From positions 32,001 to 96,000 of the forward strand of contig CAWEWF010000010.1 of NCBI GenBank assembly GCA_963812605.1: 64,000 nt of DNA, written 5' to 3'. Shown piece after piece: positions 1-12,707 of this stretch. Numbering within the stretch: position 1 is the first letter of the stretch; each line of letters begins with the position of its first letter. Under the pieces are notes generated by a model, which was given only the letters and a program-made list of their open reading frames with translations, was not told the origin of the DNA and did not search any database. This DNA comes from an uncultured Verrucomicrobiae bacterium (GTDB lineage Bacteria > Verrucomicrobiota > Verrucomicrobiia > Palsa-1439). A program made the position numbers and the translations under genes.

Positions 1-2856
1 TCGACAATATCCGGGCGTTGGGCATGAATCTGGTGCGTGTGCCGATCATGTGGACCGACCTCCAGCGGCTGGATGGCACGTGGCGCGCCGACGCCTTTGA
101 CAGGCTCGACTGGGTCGTCAGCAACGCCTGGCAACGCGGAATTTACACACTCCTTGATTTGCACGGCGTTCCCGGCGGTGTAAGTTCGTCGCAAAGCGCC
201 GGCGTGGAGAACCTGAATGCCTACTGGACAAATACCGCCTACCAGACCCAAACAATGCTCATCTGGTCCAATCTGGCTGCTCATTACGTGGGCAATCCCG
301 CCGTGGCCGGGTACGACTTGATCAATGAGCCGTACGGCGCGCCCACGCAAAACGCGATCTGGGTTGCGTACAATAGCCTGTACCAGACAGTCCGGGCCGT
401 GGATCCCGATCACATCATTATGATGGAGGGAACCTGGAGCGGGACCGGTACCACCGGTGAGCAATTGAACTGGCAGTGGGATGTTCTGCCGGCTCCCAGC
501 GTGTACAACTGGAGCAATGTTGTTTACCAGATGCACGCCTACGCCGGTTCAAGCAGCGCTGTACAAGGAGAGGTCAACAAGCAAACGAGCGACTTCCTGA
601 ACCATCAATCGTGGAATGTTCCGGACTTCATCGGGGAGTTCCAGGGTTATGGCACCGGGTCGGCCTGGCAATACGCGGTCACGCAGTTCAATGCGAACGG
701 CATCAGCTGGGCCAATTGGGCCTATAAGGCCATCAACGGCACGGTCGGGGATTCCTGGGGCATTTATGACCCGGTCAGTAGCAGCAGCCCCAGCAAACCA
801 AACCTTCAAAGCAATTTATCCAACATCATTTCCAATGACTGGTCGCAGTGGAAGACCGCCACGGCGTTCGGGATAACTTCGTATCTCAAGCAATATCTGG
901 GGGAACCGCTCGCCGTCGCGGATTCTTACACCGCCACGTCGGGTGTGACCTTGGCAGTCAGCAGCGGCTCGGGAGTGCTGGCCAACGATCTGGACATCAA
1001 CAACGGCCAGTCCGGCATTCGAGCTCACCGCCGTGTTGGTAAACGGTCCGACAAACGGTCAGTTGACCCTCAACCCGGACGGATCGTTTTCCTACACCTC
1101 AACGGCCGGCTTCAGCGGTACCGACACGTTTCGTTACAGGGATTACGACGGGTACGCCGATTCCGTGAATATTGTGACCGTAACGATTCAAGTGACCTCG
1201 GCCGGAGTCCCTCCCGGCTGGAGCGATGAAGACATCGGATCACCCAGCCCGGCAGGCCAAGGTCAGTACAGCTCCGGCACGGGCATTTGGACGATGTCCG
1301 GCGGTGGCGGTTCAGGTATCGGAGGCACAGCGGATGAATTCAACTATCTCTGGGAGGATTACTCCGGCGACGGCATCCTGATCGCCGAAGTGACTTCCTT
1401 ACAGAATACCGATCCCGCCGCCAGGGCGGGCGTGATGTTTCGGAGCGACGACAGCGCCAGTTCCGCCTTTGCCGACGTGGTGATCCTCCCGGGCAACATC
1501 GTCAACTTTGAATGGCGTAGTCACAATGGCGCGCAAGTCAATTCCGTGCAGGTAACTGGCGTCGCGGCTCCTCTCTGGGTGATGCTCATCCGCAGTGGTG
1601 GCAGCAGCTTCTCCGGGTATTATTCCACGGACGGGACCAATTGGGTGCAGATCGGAACCACGCAGATAGTCAGTGGATTGAGCACGGTTGTTCTGGCCGG
1701 CCTGGCGGTCACTTCTCACAGCGCCAGCCAACTCGCCACCGCAACCTTTACGAATGTCAGCGTGGCGCCGCCGACGGCCTGGCAGCAATGGCAGACGCAG
1801 TATTTTGGCAGCATCATCAATCCCCTTGCGGCACCGGACGTGGATGCGGACGGCGATGGCCAGTCCAACTTTGAGGAGTTTCTGGCGGGCACGGACCCGA
1901 CCAATGCAGCGTCGTATTTTCACATCACCTCGATCACGCCTCAAGGCAGCAATCTTGGTATTGCGTGGATGTGTGGCGGTGGAACGACGAACGTGCTGCA
2001 GGCGGCCACGAGCGTTAACGGGACGTATTCCAACGTCAGCCCAAACATCATCATTGCGGGGAGCGGAATCACAACAACCAATTATCTCGATACGGGATCA
2101 CTGACGGTAGTGAGTGGGGGAGCCTCCGACAATGCCTCAGATCCCGCGTACACCGGGGGCAACTTCAACGGGGCCAATGGGGGCACTGGATTCGGGCCTT
2201 GGGTGGTTGGTCCCACGAACAATACGAGCAACGCCCTCTGGTTCATCGCTTCATCGACGACGAACGGAGTTAACCCTTCTGGCGGGATCGACAGCGCGGG
2301 TGGCAAGTCCTGGGGTTCTTTCGCCAATAACGGCGGGACGGGCACCGCCGTCCGTGCGTTTTCTGCCGGAGCGCTGGTTGTAGGCCAGACCTTCACGTTG
2401 GACATGGATAATGGGTACGTCGAATCCGCGGATAGCGTGGGTTTCGATCTGCAGAACGCCTCTGGGCAGACCCTGCTGGAGATTAACTATATCGGCATGA
2501 ATCCGGGAGGGAGCTACGGCTCGATTGATGGGACGGGAACGCACAGTCTGGGGGTTCCCTACACGGACGGAGGAGTGCATATTTTGATCACGCTGACATC
2601 CGCGACGACTTACTCGGCGAGCTTGAAGCCCGCGGGCGGATCGACGGTGAATGTCACTGGGACGCTGATTAATCCTGTGGGGGGCCAGGGGATCAGCCAA
2701 ATTCGGTTGTTCGACAACAACGTAGCGGCGGGCAACGCGGGCTCGCATTGGGATGTGTTCTGGAATAACTTCAACGTGAGCAGCGTGACGAACACCGTGA
2801 ACACTGGCGTCCTTAACGCCGCCACCCGTTACTATCGCGTGCTCCTCGTGCCATAG
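1..2856 (+). CDS. Secreted modular GH5 glycoside hydrolase, 5'-truncated by the window: GH5 + cadherin/Big-like + DUF1349/ConA-like + conserved C-terminal domain with an internal inserted domain; apparent frameshift near 1020-1035
   Basis: ORF 18..1229 has GH5 motifs (LLDLHG, YDLINEP, FIGEF). It ends in AVADSY...GVLAND, which continues logically as VNGPTNGQLTLNPDGSFSY in ORF 1033..2856. The protein ends RYYRVLLVP. Confidence 0.85.
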
Positions 2857-2897
2857 CCAAAACACATCCGAATGATAATCGTCAGAACCTGCGCACG

Positions 2898-3855
2898 ATG
2901 ATCGCTACGATTTTGCTACCGACTTTTTCAGTCACGGCACAAACTTCTCGCCACGTCACCCCGAACGGCTTCGAGAATACAGGCGATTCAAGCCCCTATG
3001 GGGACGCGTTCGTAAAGAAGGGCATTCCGTATATCGCCAATCCGCACCCGCGCCAAACCTTCGACCTCTACCTGCCCAAGAACAAGCAGTCAGGGCTCAG
3101 TACGTTGATTTTTTGGATACACGGCGGCGCGTGGATGCTCAGCAACAAGGACTGGAACAACGTCAAGTACCTCGTCAAACAGGGCTACGCTCTCGCCAGT
3201 GTGGACTATCGCTTGAGCGGGGACGCCATATTTCCGGCGCAGATCCGGGATTGCAACACGGCCCTGAATTTTATCCTTGCCCACGCAGATTCGTATGGGA
3301 TTGACCCCGAACATTTCGTTGTGGGTGGCGCTTCCGCCGGTGGCTATCTGGCCCTGCTCCTGGGATTGGCGCGAAACGAAAAGGCGTTTGGCGCCGACCC
3401 ATCGCTCAAACCGTTCGCGATCCTCGATTTTATCGGGCCGACCGACCTCACCTCCCTCCTTGACGAATTGGGCCCGGGACACAGTCACGACGTGCTGGAA
3501 GACGCCCAACAACGTCTCCTGGGCGGCCCGACGAGTAATCATCTGGACATGGCGCGCGCAGCCAGCCCCATCGCCTACGTAAATCCCGGGAATCCGCCGT
3601 GTGTTAATCTTGCACGGTGACAAGGATGATCTGGTACCCTACCAGCAAAGCGAGCGACTGCATTCACGGCTTGACCAGGCCGGAATAAGAAATCAACTGA
3701 TTACCGTCAAAGGCGCGGGCCACGACGGTCCGATGTTCGAGACACCTGAAATTCAAGAGAAGGTCATCTCTTTCCTCCAGGAATCGGCCGGAGTGGACGC
3801 TGATGATCCTTCTCTAAAGCGAGTCGCGATTGTTGCGGCGCTGGTCTTTTCCTGA
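2898..3855 (+). CDS. Alpha/beta hydrolase (BD-FAE/HSL-like carbohydrate esterase), frameshifted near 3600
   Basis: IHGGAW oxyanion motif, GGASAGG nucleophile elbow, then ILHGDKDDLVP and GAGH in the next frame. Confidence 0.85.
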
Positions 3856-5691
3856 TGTTATCGCTCTCCGCGTGGGGCGCCAACGCCGACATCCACCAGA
3901 CAGACGGCACTTCCACCGCTCCACGCCAACGGTGGGGCGATTGTGGATGACCACGGGCAGCCGGTGATTCTACGCGGATGTAATTTGGGCAACTGGCTAC
4001 TCAATGAACTGTGGATGATGGATATGGCGCGTCCGGACGATCCGAAGGACCACTGGCAAATCGAAGAGTTGCTACAGCAGCGCTTCGGTGCCGAGGAGAA
4101 GGAGCGTTTGCTCGCCCTCTACCGGGAGAATTGGATCAAGCCGCGGGATTTCGACATCATCAAGTCGTGGGGTTTTAATGTGGTGCGATTGCCTTTCTAC
4201 TACGACCTGCTCGAAGACGATGCCGCGCCAGGGCAGCTTCGTCCGGACGCTTTCAAATGGTTGGATCGCGCCATCAATATGGCCACAACGGCGGGTGTTT
4301 ATGTGATTTTGGACCTGCATGGCGCGCCTGGAGGCCAGAGCACCGACCAGTGTACCGGACACGGCGGCCAGAATAAGCTCTGGCTGCCGGAGAACAGAAA
4401 GCGGACAGTATTTCTCTGGAAAGCAATGGCCGAGCACTATCGCGCCAACCCGACCATTGCCGCCTATGATTTGCTCAACGAACCCTATGGCAATCACGGA
4501 GATGAACCGTCCGACTCAATGCTCGTCACCACCATGGACGAATTGATCCATGCTGTTCGTGAAGTGGATCAAGAGCATTTGATTTTATGCGCGGGATCCA
4601 TTCGGGGAATAACGATGTTTGGCGCTCCCGCTTCGCGCGGATGGAAAAATGTCGGTTACACGGAACATTTCTACCCTGGCCTGTTTGGCGGCGTGCCGGT
4701 AGTGGAAACACACGCCCGGTTTATCAGTCTTAATTTACGGGCCAAGATGGCGTTGATTCAGCACTGGAAGACGCCTTTCCTGGCTGGAGAGTTTAATGTG
4801 GTCTTCGATAAGGCAGGCGGTCCGGCCATGATGCGGCGCTATTATGACATCTTTGCCTCGCATGGATGGGCGGCCACGATGTGGACGTACAAGATGGTCA
4901 AACACCAGGGCGGAACGTTATCCGGATAATTGGTATATGGTGACCAACCTCGACGATCTCAAGATCCCCCACTTCCGCACGGATACCAAGGAGGAAATCG
5001 AGAGTTTCTTCCGAAGCCTCGGAACAATGGAGTATGCCCAGGACGACGAATTGCGCAGTGCGCTGACAAGCAGCCCGCCGCCCGCCCTGACGCTGCAGGA
5101 GTACCCGTTTATCTCCGGCCGGCCCCGCAGGATCGTTTGCCGGTCGATTGGGAGGGTAAGGATTTGGGCGAACCGTTTGTCAAAGGCGGCCAGCGGGTTC
5201 TGGCCAAAGATCAGATGGAGATTTTTGGCGCAGGGAGCGATGTCTTCGAGGGCAACGATCAATGTCGTTTCGTTTCACAGAAGGCAACGGATCGCTTTGA
5301 ACTAAGCGCGAGTCTTGCCCCGCCGGTTGACACCCACATGTACGCCAAAGCGGGGCTTATGTATCGCACCGGTCTCAATGCCGATGCGCCGATTGTCATC
5401 GTGAATTTGATTCCCGACGGTACGTGCACGTTCGCGTACCGGCGAACGGCGGGGGCGCGCATCACTGAAAACAGCCTGGCGCCTGCTGGGCGAACACACA
5501 GCATTCGTCTCGTCCGCAATGGCGTTCGGTTTGAGGCCACCGCTCTCGACGGTGATGGCCAATCATTGGCCATGCAGTCCGTCGATCTACCCGACCTTGC
5601 CAGCATAAAAGGCAATGTCGGCCTTTTTGTTCTGAGCCACGAAGCTTTGCTCCTCAGTAAGGCGACCTTTTCCAATATTCAATTCCACTAA
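3800..5691 (+). CDS. Secreted GH5 glycoside hydrolase with C-terminal DUF1349-like beta domain; several apparent frameshifts, start approximate
   Basis: LRGCNLGNWL, ILDLHGAPGGQ, YDLLNEP and LAGEF motifs; C-terminal YAKAGLMYR motif; signal-peptide-like stretch at about 3815-3880. Confidence 0.8.
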
Positions 5692-5858
5692 TCATCACAT
5701 GAAAACTGGACCGCATCGTACAGACTTCGGTGAACGCCGTCCGGTACGATCCGGGGTTTTCGGTGGATGCTTGGCTGATTATCGCCAGGATGGGGAGCAG
5801 GTCAGTAAATAAGTATCGAATGGACAGTGATCGATTCTCGCCCCGCCTCCAATTTCGT

Positions 5859-6376
5859 CTAGCGTCTTTTTCTCTTTGAGGAATTTGCCCGCTTACGCTT
5901 TCGTCCAGGTGGTTGTCTGCCTCGCTTCCTGGATGTTGTGCCCTGTCGCCGACTGGAAGGCTTTTTCTTTGCGTTCTTGGCTGTTCTCTTCCGCTGGTTT
6001 CTGGTCTTTGCAGTCGACCGCGTGGACTTGGTGCGCGTCTTGCCTTTCGGTTTGGCCGTTGCAGTTCTCTTTACTGCAGGTGCCTCTTTCGGTCCAACTG
6101 AAGATTCAAGCCGACGCCGCTCCACTCCTCTTGACCTTTGTCAGATGATTTGGATTCTCGAAGAAAATCAGCAGCCTGTGGGCGGGAGTGGTTCGAATGA
6201 ATGGCAACTTGCTGTCATGGTTTAGCTCGGCGTCCCAGACCGTCTGGTCTTCTGTATAAAGCTGCTCAATGCAGCGTCAATGCCGGTTGAAACTGTTCCT
6301 CCGGAAAATGCCTGGCCATGAGAGCCAGCACTTGTTGGCCTTCACTGGTCTGCTCCAATTGATCTTTATTCACCAT
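5859..6376 (-). CDS. Hypothetical protein with a very basic Lys/Arg-rich (histone H1-like) C-terminal tail; probably frameshifted
   Basis: ORF 5859..6125 is K/R-rich. Upstream fragments (MVNKDQLEQ..., IEQLYTEDQTVWDAELNHDSKLPFIR...) join through two indels. Confidence 0.4.
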
Positions 6377-6447
6377 GACATTTACCCCTTTCGCTTTTCC
6401 CGTAGGCGAAATCCGCTGTCGGCTTTTAAATCTTTAAGCGGCAGTAG

Positions 6448-6552
6448 TTAGCGACAAACCAGCAACACGACGATGACGATAACAAGAAGCAAGCCCGCCC
6501 CACCTCCAACATAAAAGAAACTGCCCAATACCGTGAAAAACAGGAGATCCAT
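6448..6552 (-). CDS. 34-aa small membrane protein MDLLFFTVLGSFFYVGGGAGLLLVIVIVVLLVCR
   Basis: Hand translation; purine-rich RBS (gaaagaagg) upstream; GGG plus hydrophobic helix. Below the ORF-track length cut-off. Confidence 0.65.
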   Translation of the reverse strand: MDLLFFTVLGSFFYVGGGAGLLLVIVIVVLLVCR

Positions 6553-6705
6553 GGTCAACCTTCTTTCAGTTTCGATGGCAAATCATTTATCATCGATTTA
6601 CCCCGAATATATTCCCTTCCTGCCGTACTCAGCTATGGGGCTGGAACCTGATATTCGATTAGGTGATTTCCCTAGCGAATAGGCCCGGTCAAGATTCTAA
6701 AACTG

Positions 6706-9700
6706 TCATGAATAGTAACGTCTTAGCGGTGTGGAAAGTCTGCCAATGGTCAGCGACTGCTCGATTACGCGCTGAGGTACGGTGCTCGTGGCATCGAAGC
6801 ATACAATTTCCGGCCTCAAGCGAGGCGATGACAATTCCGTTCTGCAAGAGGATACGATTGTTGGAAATCGATGGAATGCGCGGGCCAGGTGTCAGAATCC
6901 CAACAAGGTTTAACGATCAGCGGCGCTCAATCAGGATCAGCGCCTCGTCTTCGGAGGTGTTGCGCATGGCCCTAACATTCCCGATTGCTTCCGAAAGAGC
7001 AAACTGTTCGCCACTCACGCCACCAACGAAATGACCTCTGCCACTTCGCCGCTCGCTTCCAGGCGGCGATAAACGCGACCCAGATCGAACCACGAAACCT
7101 CCAGCGATTCACGCTCCAGCAGCCGCCGAAACACTACGCCATAGCGGCGCAACAGGACGCGGGCAAACATTGCTATTGCCGCATCACGATTTGCGCAGGC
7201 GTATCGTCGGGATGGAGATCCGAGGGTAAGGCTTCCAACAGGGTCACCGCCCGGCGAATTCCACTCGTGATTGGTTGTGTCTCCGCTTTCGCTCACGTTC
7301 CCGAATGAGCCCGCTCTGTATCCGGGAAAATCAAAAGGGCGCGTAACACTTCAGAACTTCGCGGTCACCCAACCTTGCGTCACCAGTTCACCCAGGGCTT
7401 GTTGGACCGCGATGCCCAAAGACCGGTTCTTCGAACGATTTCTCCAAAGAACAGGGCGCCCGACTCCAGGAATGCCTTCAGGACCAACTCCGTGTCCGCC
7501 GATAATTCCGGCAGAGGCATTTCACGCAAGGCCGTCCAATGGGATAGATGGTCGCGCGCGAACAGGGAAATAGGGCTTGATCGCAAAGGCGCAAAAGCGC
7601 GGATCATCCGGCCATGGGGCGCCGACAACCTGCCCCAGCCGATGCGTCCAGTAAAACAAAGCCGGTCAAGCCATCGGGCTGATATTCCTTCACTCGAAGC
7701 GCGAGAATGGCGGGTTCCCACGCGGCCAGCCGGCGGATTCATAACCGTCGAGTAATTCCAGCACGCATTCCGTGCCTTCCGGTTCCTTCAACGCGATGAT
7801 CGGTGTCCGCTCGCTGCCAGGCTATCAGGAAGCGCTGAAAATCCGTCAGGGACACCGGCTGTATCTCGGCCCGCAATCGATTGAGGGTGAGTCGATGGAT
7901 GCGAGCCAGCAGTCGGCGGCTGCACCATTCGAGCATCGCAGCGCCCGGATGGAATTTCCCGCGCAATACAAATCCCTCCGATTCGAGCGCCAGCAAAGAC
8001 CTATCAATTTCGCGCTTGGGCAATTGAAAGAAATTCACCAGGGATTCTGCGGTAACGGGACCCACCACTTCCATCCGTCCGCGCACCAACTCGCGCACTG
8101 CGTCTTCCCGCTTCCAATGGCGGTTCAGCTCCGATTCTGGCGGATGCAACAGTGGTTTGACAGCCAGCAGGATAAACCTCGGCCACCATCGGCAAGCGCT
8201 CCGCAGCGATCCAAAACGAACGGAAATTCAACGCACCGGCGCGCTTTTCAACGGCAAGCTCCTTCAATAATGAAGCCGCTTCCGGGGAACATCTGACCGC
8301 TTCGTCTTCGGTCATGACACCCAGAAGCAGGAGCGCTTCATGTAATTCGTCGGCATTCGTCGCGCGCGGCCACGCCTCCTGGCAGACGTGCTCGATCGCC
8401 CTCGGCGTCAAGCGCCCCGAGACCATTTTCCATCGTCGACTCGGTCGCTCGCCGGGTATAAACGGCTTGCGTGCGACGCTCTTCCAACGGCGCATTATCG
8501 AGAAAGGCGTAGGGTCGCGCGTTGAGGATCTCATGTGCCAACAAGGAGGGTTCCGGTAAATCACGCGCCAGACAGCGCACCTCGTGATTTTCAATCCGAC
8601 GCAATAGCGCTTCCAAAGCTTCGATGTCCATCGCCTCTGTCAGGCAATCTTCGATTGTTTGTTTTACCAGTGGGTGGTCGGGGATCTCACGGTCCCCGGC
8701 GATGTTCTCCGAGGCAGGCGAGTTGATCGGGAAAAACAGCGGCCAGCAGGTTTTCCGATTCCATTCGTTGCAAGGGAGCGGGGATTTTGTGGCCGCCACG
8801 CTGACGAGGCAGCGCCAGCGAGCGCGTCGCATTCCAGCGCCAGCGAATCGGAAACATCGGCGCGTCCAGCAACGCCTGGATCAACAGTTCCCGCACTGTT
8901 TTGCTGTTCAAATACTGAAAGACTTCGTCCAGCGCGAACGAATGTTGCGTACCCAACGACAAGACGATGGCATCGTCTGTGGCAGCGGCCTGCAATTCGA
9001 AGTTAAAAGACCGGGAGAATCGTTTTCGGAGCGCGAGCCCCCAGGCGCGATTGAGCCGCGCCCCAAAAAGCGAGTGGACGACCAGTTGCATCCCCCCGGA
9101 TTCGTCGAAGAACCGCTCCAACACAATTGTATTTTGGGAAGGAAGCACACCCAGGGCTTTATACGCGGCGCTAAAATAAAGGGCCATTTGTCGGGCGGCG
9201 GATTCTGGAATATTTGTTTGGTCTATCAGCCAGTAGGCCACAGCCTCTTCGGGCTGGCCGGCCCGTTCAACGACCTTTTGAATATCTTCTCGAAGCTCGG
9301 AGACCGCGTGGGAAAGCTCGGCGGTTCGCGCCGCTCCTTCGCCCAGCCAAAAGGGGATTCCCGGCGGCTGGCCGTGCGCGTCCTCAACCCGGACCGTGCC
9401 GGCGTTAATCCCCAGTATTTTCCAGGAGGCGTTTCCCAGTTGGAAAATATCTCCCGCCATGCTTTCCACCGCAAAGTCTTCGTTGACAGTACCCACGAAG
9501 GTTTCGCTCGGTTCAACCACGACGCGATAATCTGAATTATCCGGGATGGCGCCGCCCGAGGTGAGAGCGGTCAACCGGGCTCCGCGTCGTCCGCGGAGGC
9601 GATGATTGATCTCGTCGTGATGGATCAGCGCGCCGCGCCGCCCTCGTTTTGTGCTGAAACCCTCCGCCAACATCCGCACCACTTGATCGAATTCCTGCCG

Positions 9701-11042
9701 GCCAAGATCGCGGTAGGGGTACGCCGACCGCATCAGTTCATACAGGGCCTGCTCATTCCAATCTTCGGAAGCAGCGGACGCGACAATCTGTTGGGAAAGC
9801 ACGTCCAGCGGCTTTTGTGGAATGAATAAACGATCCAATATGCCCTGCTTTACGCAATGGATCAGGGCCACGCATTCGACGAGTTCGTCACGGGTCAAGG
9901 GAAACAAACGTCCCTTGGGCACACCGCCCCGCCTGTGCTCGGCTCGACCTACGCGCTGTAGAAGCGTGGCGATGGAACGCGTTGTTCCAATTTGACAGAC
10001 GAGATCGACAGAACCGATATCAATGCCCAGTTCCAACGAAGAAGTGGCCACCAATGCCTTGAGTTCCCCTTGTTTGAGCCGGTTCTCCGCGTCCAGGCGG
10101 AGCTTCGCGGAGAGGCTTCCATGATGCGACGTTACCTTGTCCTTGCCGAGCCGCTCGCAAAGTTGGTGCGCCACGCGCTCGGCCAGCCGTCGCGTATTGA
10201 CGAAAACCAATGTGGTGCGATGCGCTTCGATCAGGGAAACCAGTCGCTGATAGACTTCGGCCCAAACTTCATTCGACATGACCGCTTCCAAAGGCGACCC
10301 GGGAAGTTCGAGAGCGAGATCCAGCGCGCGCAGATGTCCTGCGTCAACAATTGCGCAATGCGGACCGCCATTTTGGTCAAGATGGTTTGTTCCGACGAGG
10401 AATTTGGCAACCTCCTCAATCGGTTTTTGGGTGGCGGATAGCCCGATTCGTTGTAGGGGTCCTTCTACCAGCGCCTCCAGTCGCGCCATGCTGAGCGCCA
10501 AATGCGAACCGCGTCGGTTCGCCACCACCGCGTGGATTTCGTCCACGATAAGTGCGCGGACGGTGGCGAGCATCTTACGACCAGATTGCGACGTGCAGAA
10601 GCAAGTACAGGGACTCTGGCGTGGTCACGAGGATATGGGGAGGCCGCTTCGCGATAGCTTGGCGTTTCTTCGCGGGCGTGTCCCCCGTACGGACTTCCGC
10701 GCGCACTTCGATATCCTGGCCTTCCGCGTTTTGAATCGCCATCCGGATCGCCGCCAGGGGCTCCTCCAAATTCTTGTGGATGTCGTTGCTGAGCGCCTTA
10801 AGAGGCGATACGTAAACAATGTGGGTTTCATCCTGGAGCGTTCCGTTCAGGCCCTTTCGAAACAAAACGTCCAACGACGCCAAAAACGCGGCAAGTGTTT
10901 TACCGGAACCCGTGGGCGCCGCGATCAGGGTATGTTGCCCGGATTGGATGGCCGGCCATCCCTGGCTCTGGGCTTCCGTGGGCGTCCCGAACTTCCCCTC
11001 AAACCATCGGGCGATCGCTGGATGAAAAGTCCACCGCTGCAT
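6706..11042 (-). CDS. lhr: Lhr-family DEAD/DEAH-box ATP-dependent helicase (long form), split by many apparent frameshifts
   Basis: [46 protein letters not shown] and GGAIPD motifs; C-terminal [10 protein letters not shown] and GEQFAL. Confidence 0.9.
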
Positions 11043-11144
11043 TGGGCATTGTACTCCTGGTGAGCCCAAATTTCAAAATACTCGCGAGTGGCACTGGAAT
11101 ACTTCCTGAGCGCAATCTGCATTGTTCTCCCAGCAAGCCGTCCA

Positions 11145-12689
11145 CTAACCGTCGGTTCCCATTCGAGTAGCATCGACGAACTGTTCGGTGTTGTCGTCGA
11201 TCGCGCGGCCGTGACGGCCCAGCGACTGGTGGATGTAGAGTCGTTGCGGCGTTGGCTTGGCGGTTGGCGCAGGAGGTAATCCAATTTCATATCGGACTGG
11301 TAGCTGATGATCGGCCATTTGCAAACGCGAGTCGTACACGCTGTTGAACTTCCACAAAGACTTGAAAAAGTTGGTTTGGCCGCGCATCAGGTGACGCGCC
11401 ACAATTCCCGCCACCGATTTCAAGGAAGCCAATCCGAGATGTTTCTTATTGAGCACCTGCTGGGTCTTGACGAGCTCCGCGTAGAATTTCTCCAGCGGCA
11501 GACGGGTGGGGAGAACCGCGTGCTGAATATCAAAGAGTCGATAATCGCGCGTGGTCAATCGCCGCGATTCCGTATGCCAGGTTTCCGTGCCCGGATAGGG
11601 AGTATTCACGCTGATGTTCACAATTTCCGGGACTTCCAGACACCATTGGCGAAGAACCGCGAAGCGGTGCTCATCCCAGTCAGGATCGGCGATGATGTTG
11701 ATGGCCACCATCAACCCCAGGGATCGCGCGTATTCCAGCGCTTCAAAATTATGGCTGAGGCTCACCCGTTTGCGATATTTCTTAAGCCCTTCCGCATCAA
11801 TGGCCTCCAGGCCGAGGAACATATATTCCAGCCCAATGCTTTTCCAGAACTTGAAAACTTCCTTGTTGCGCAAGAGGACATCGCCGCGGGTTTCCAGGTA
11901 GTAGCGTTTACGAATTCCCTGGCGGGCGATGGCTTCGCCGATTTCCATTCCATGTTCGGAGTGAATAAAAGCGACATCATCGACGATGAAGACCCCCGGC
12001 TCCTTGACGCGCGCGAGATCTTCGACCGCGCGGGCCGGGCTAATGGTGCGGTAATTGCGGCCGTAGAACGTCCACGCGCTGCAAAAAGCGCAATCCCACG
12101 GACAGCCGCGCGAGAACTCAATGGAGGCGCAGGGATCGAGTATTCCCAGGGAAATACTTTCGGCGATGCGGAAGAAGATCTCGCGCCGGCAGTACGTTAT
12201 CGAGATCTTTTACGAATTGTGGCGGCGGTCCGCATCCCTCCCGGGTAACAACGCCAGGAATTTGAGAAATGGAATGGCGATCCTGTTCGATCGCTTCCAA
12301 CAAAGCGGGGATTACCGCCTCGCCTTCACCTTTGACGACACAATCAATCGCGCCATCACCGTGCTCGAGGAATTCTTTCGCGATAAAGGACGCGCTGTGC
12401 CCTCCCACGAGGACGAAACTATTCGGCAGCCGGAGCGCGGCGAGTTTACATAAATCAACGATCTCCGGTACATTGGCGAGGTAGTTGCAAGAGAACGCAA
12501 TCACATCCGGTCGCCATTGATCGAGGAGAGTGCCATACTCTTTGTGGGTTGCGACCTGTAAATCCAGCAAACGAACTTCGTGTCCGGACCGGCGGCAACT
12601 TCCCCGATCAATTCCAGTCCCAATGGTTCCAAACGAAGGAAAACCCTGGTGTACATCAGGGCGCTGGGATGGATAACGAGGAATTTCAT
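11145..12689 (-). CDS. hpnR: Hopanoid C-3 methylase (B12-binding radical SAM), frameshifted
   Basis: N-terminus MKFLVIHPSALMYTRVFLRLEPLGLEL; FSCNYLANVPE and GGHSASF; radical SAM Cys cluster near 12080-12110; YYLETRGDVLLRNKEVF; RLFDIQHAVLPT. Confidence 0.85.
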
Positions 12690-12707
12690 GAGGTTTCTGG
12701 CAGCAAT

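Noticed and set aside
5701-5761. Imperfect hairpin after the second GH5 as an ncRNA or attC site
   Set aside because: Weak pairing, single copy and no core-site motifs; at most a terminator.
6706-11042. Lhr helicase as part of a defence system
   Set aside because: No adjacent nuclease or defence partners; consistent with the ordinary repair-type Lhr.
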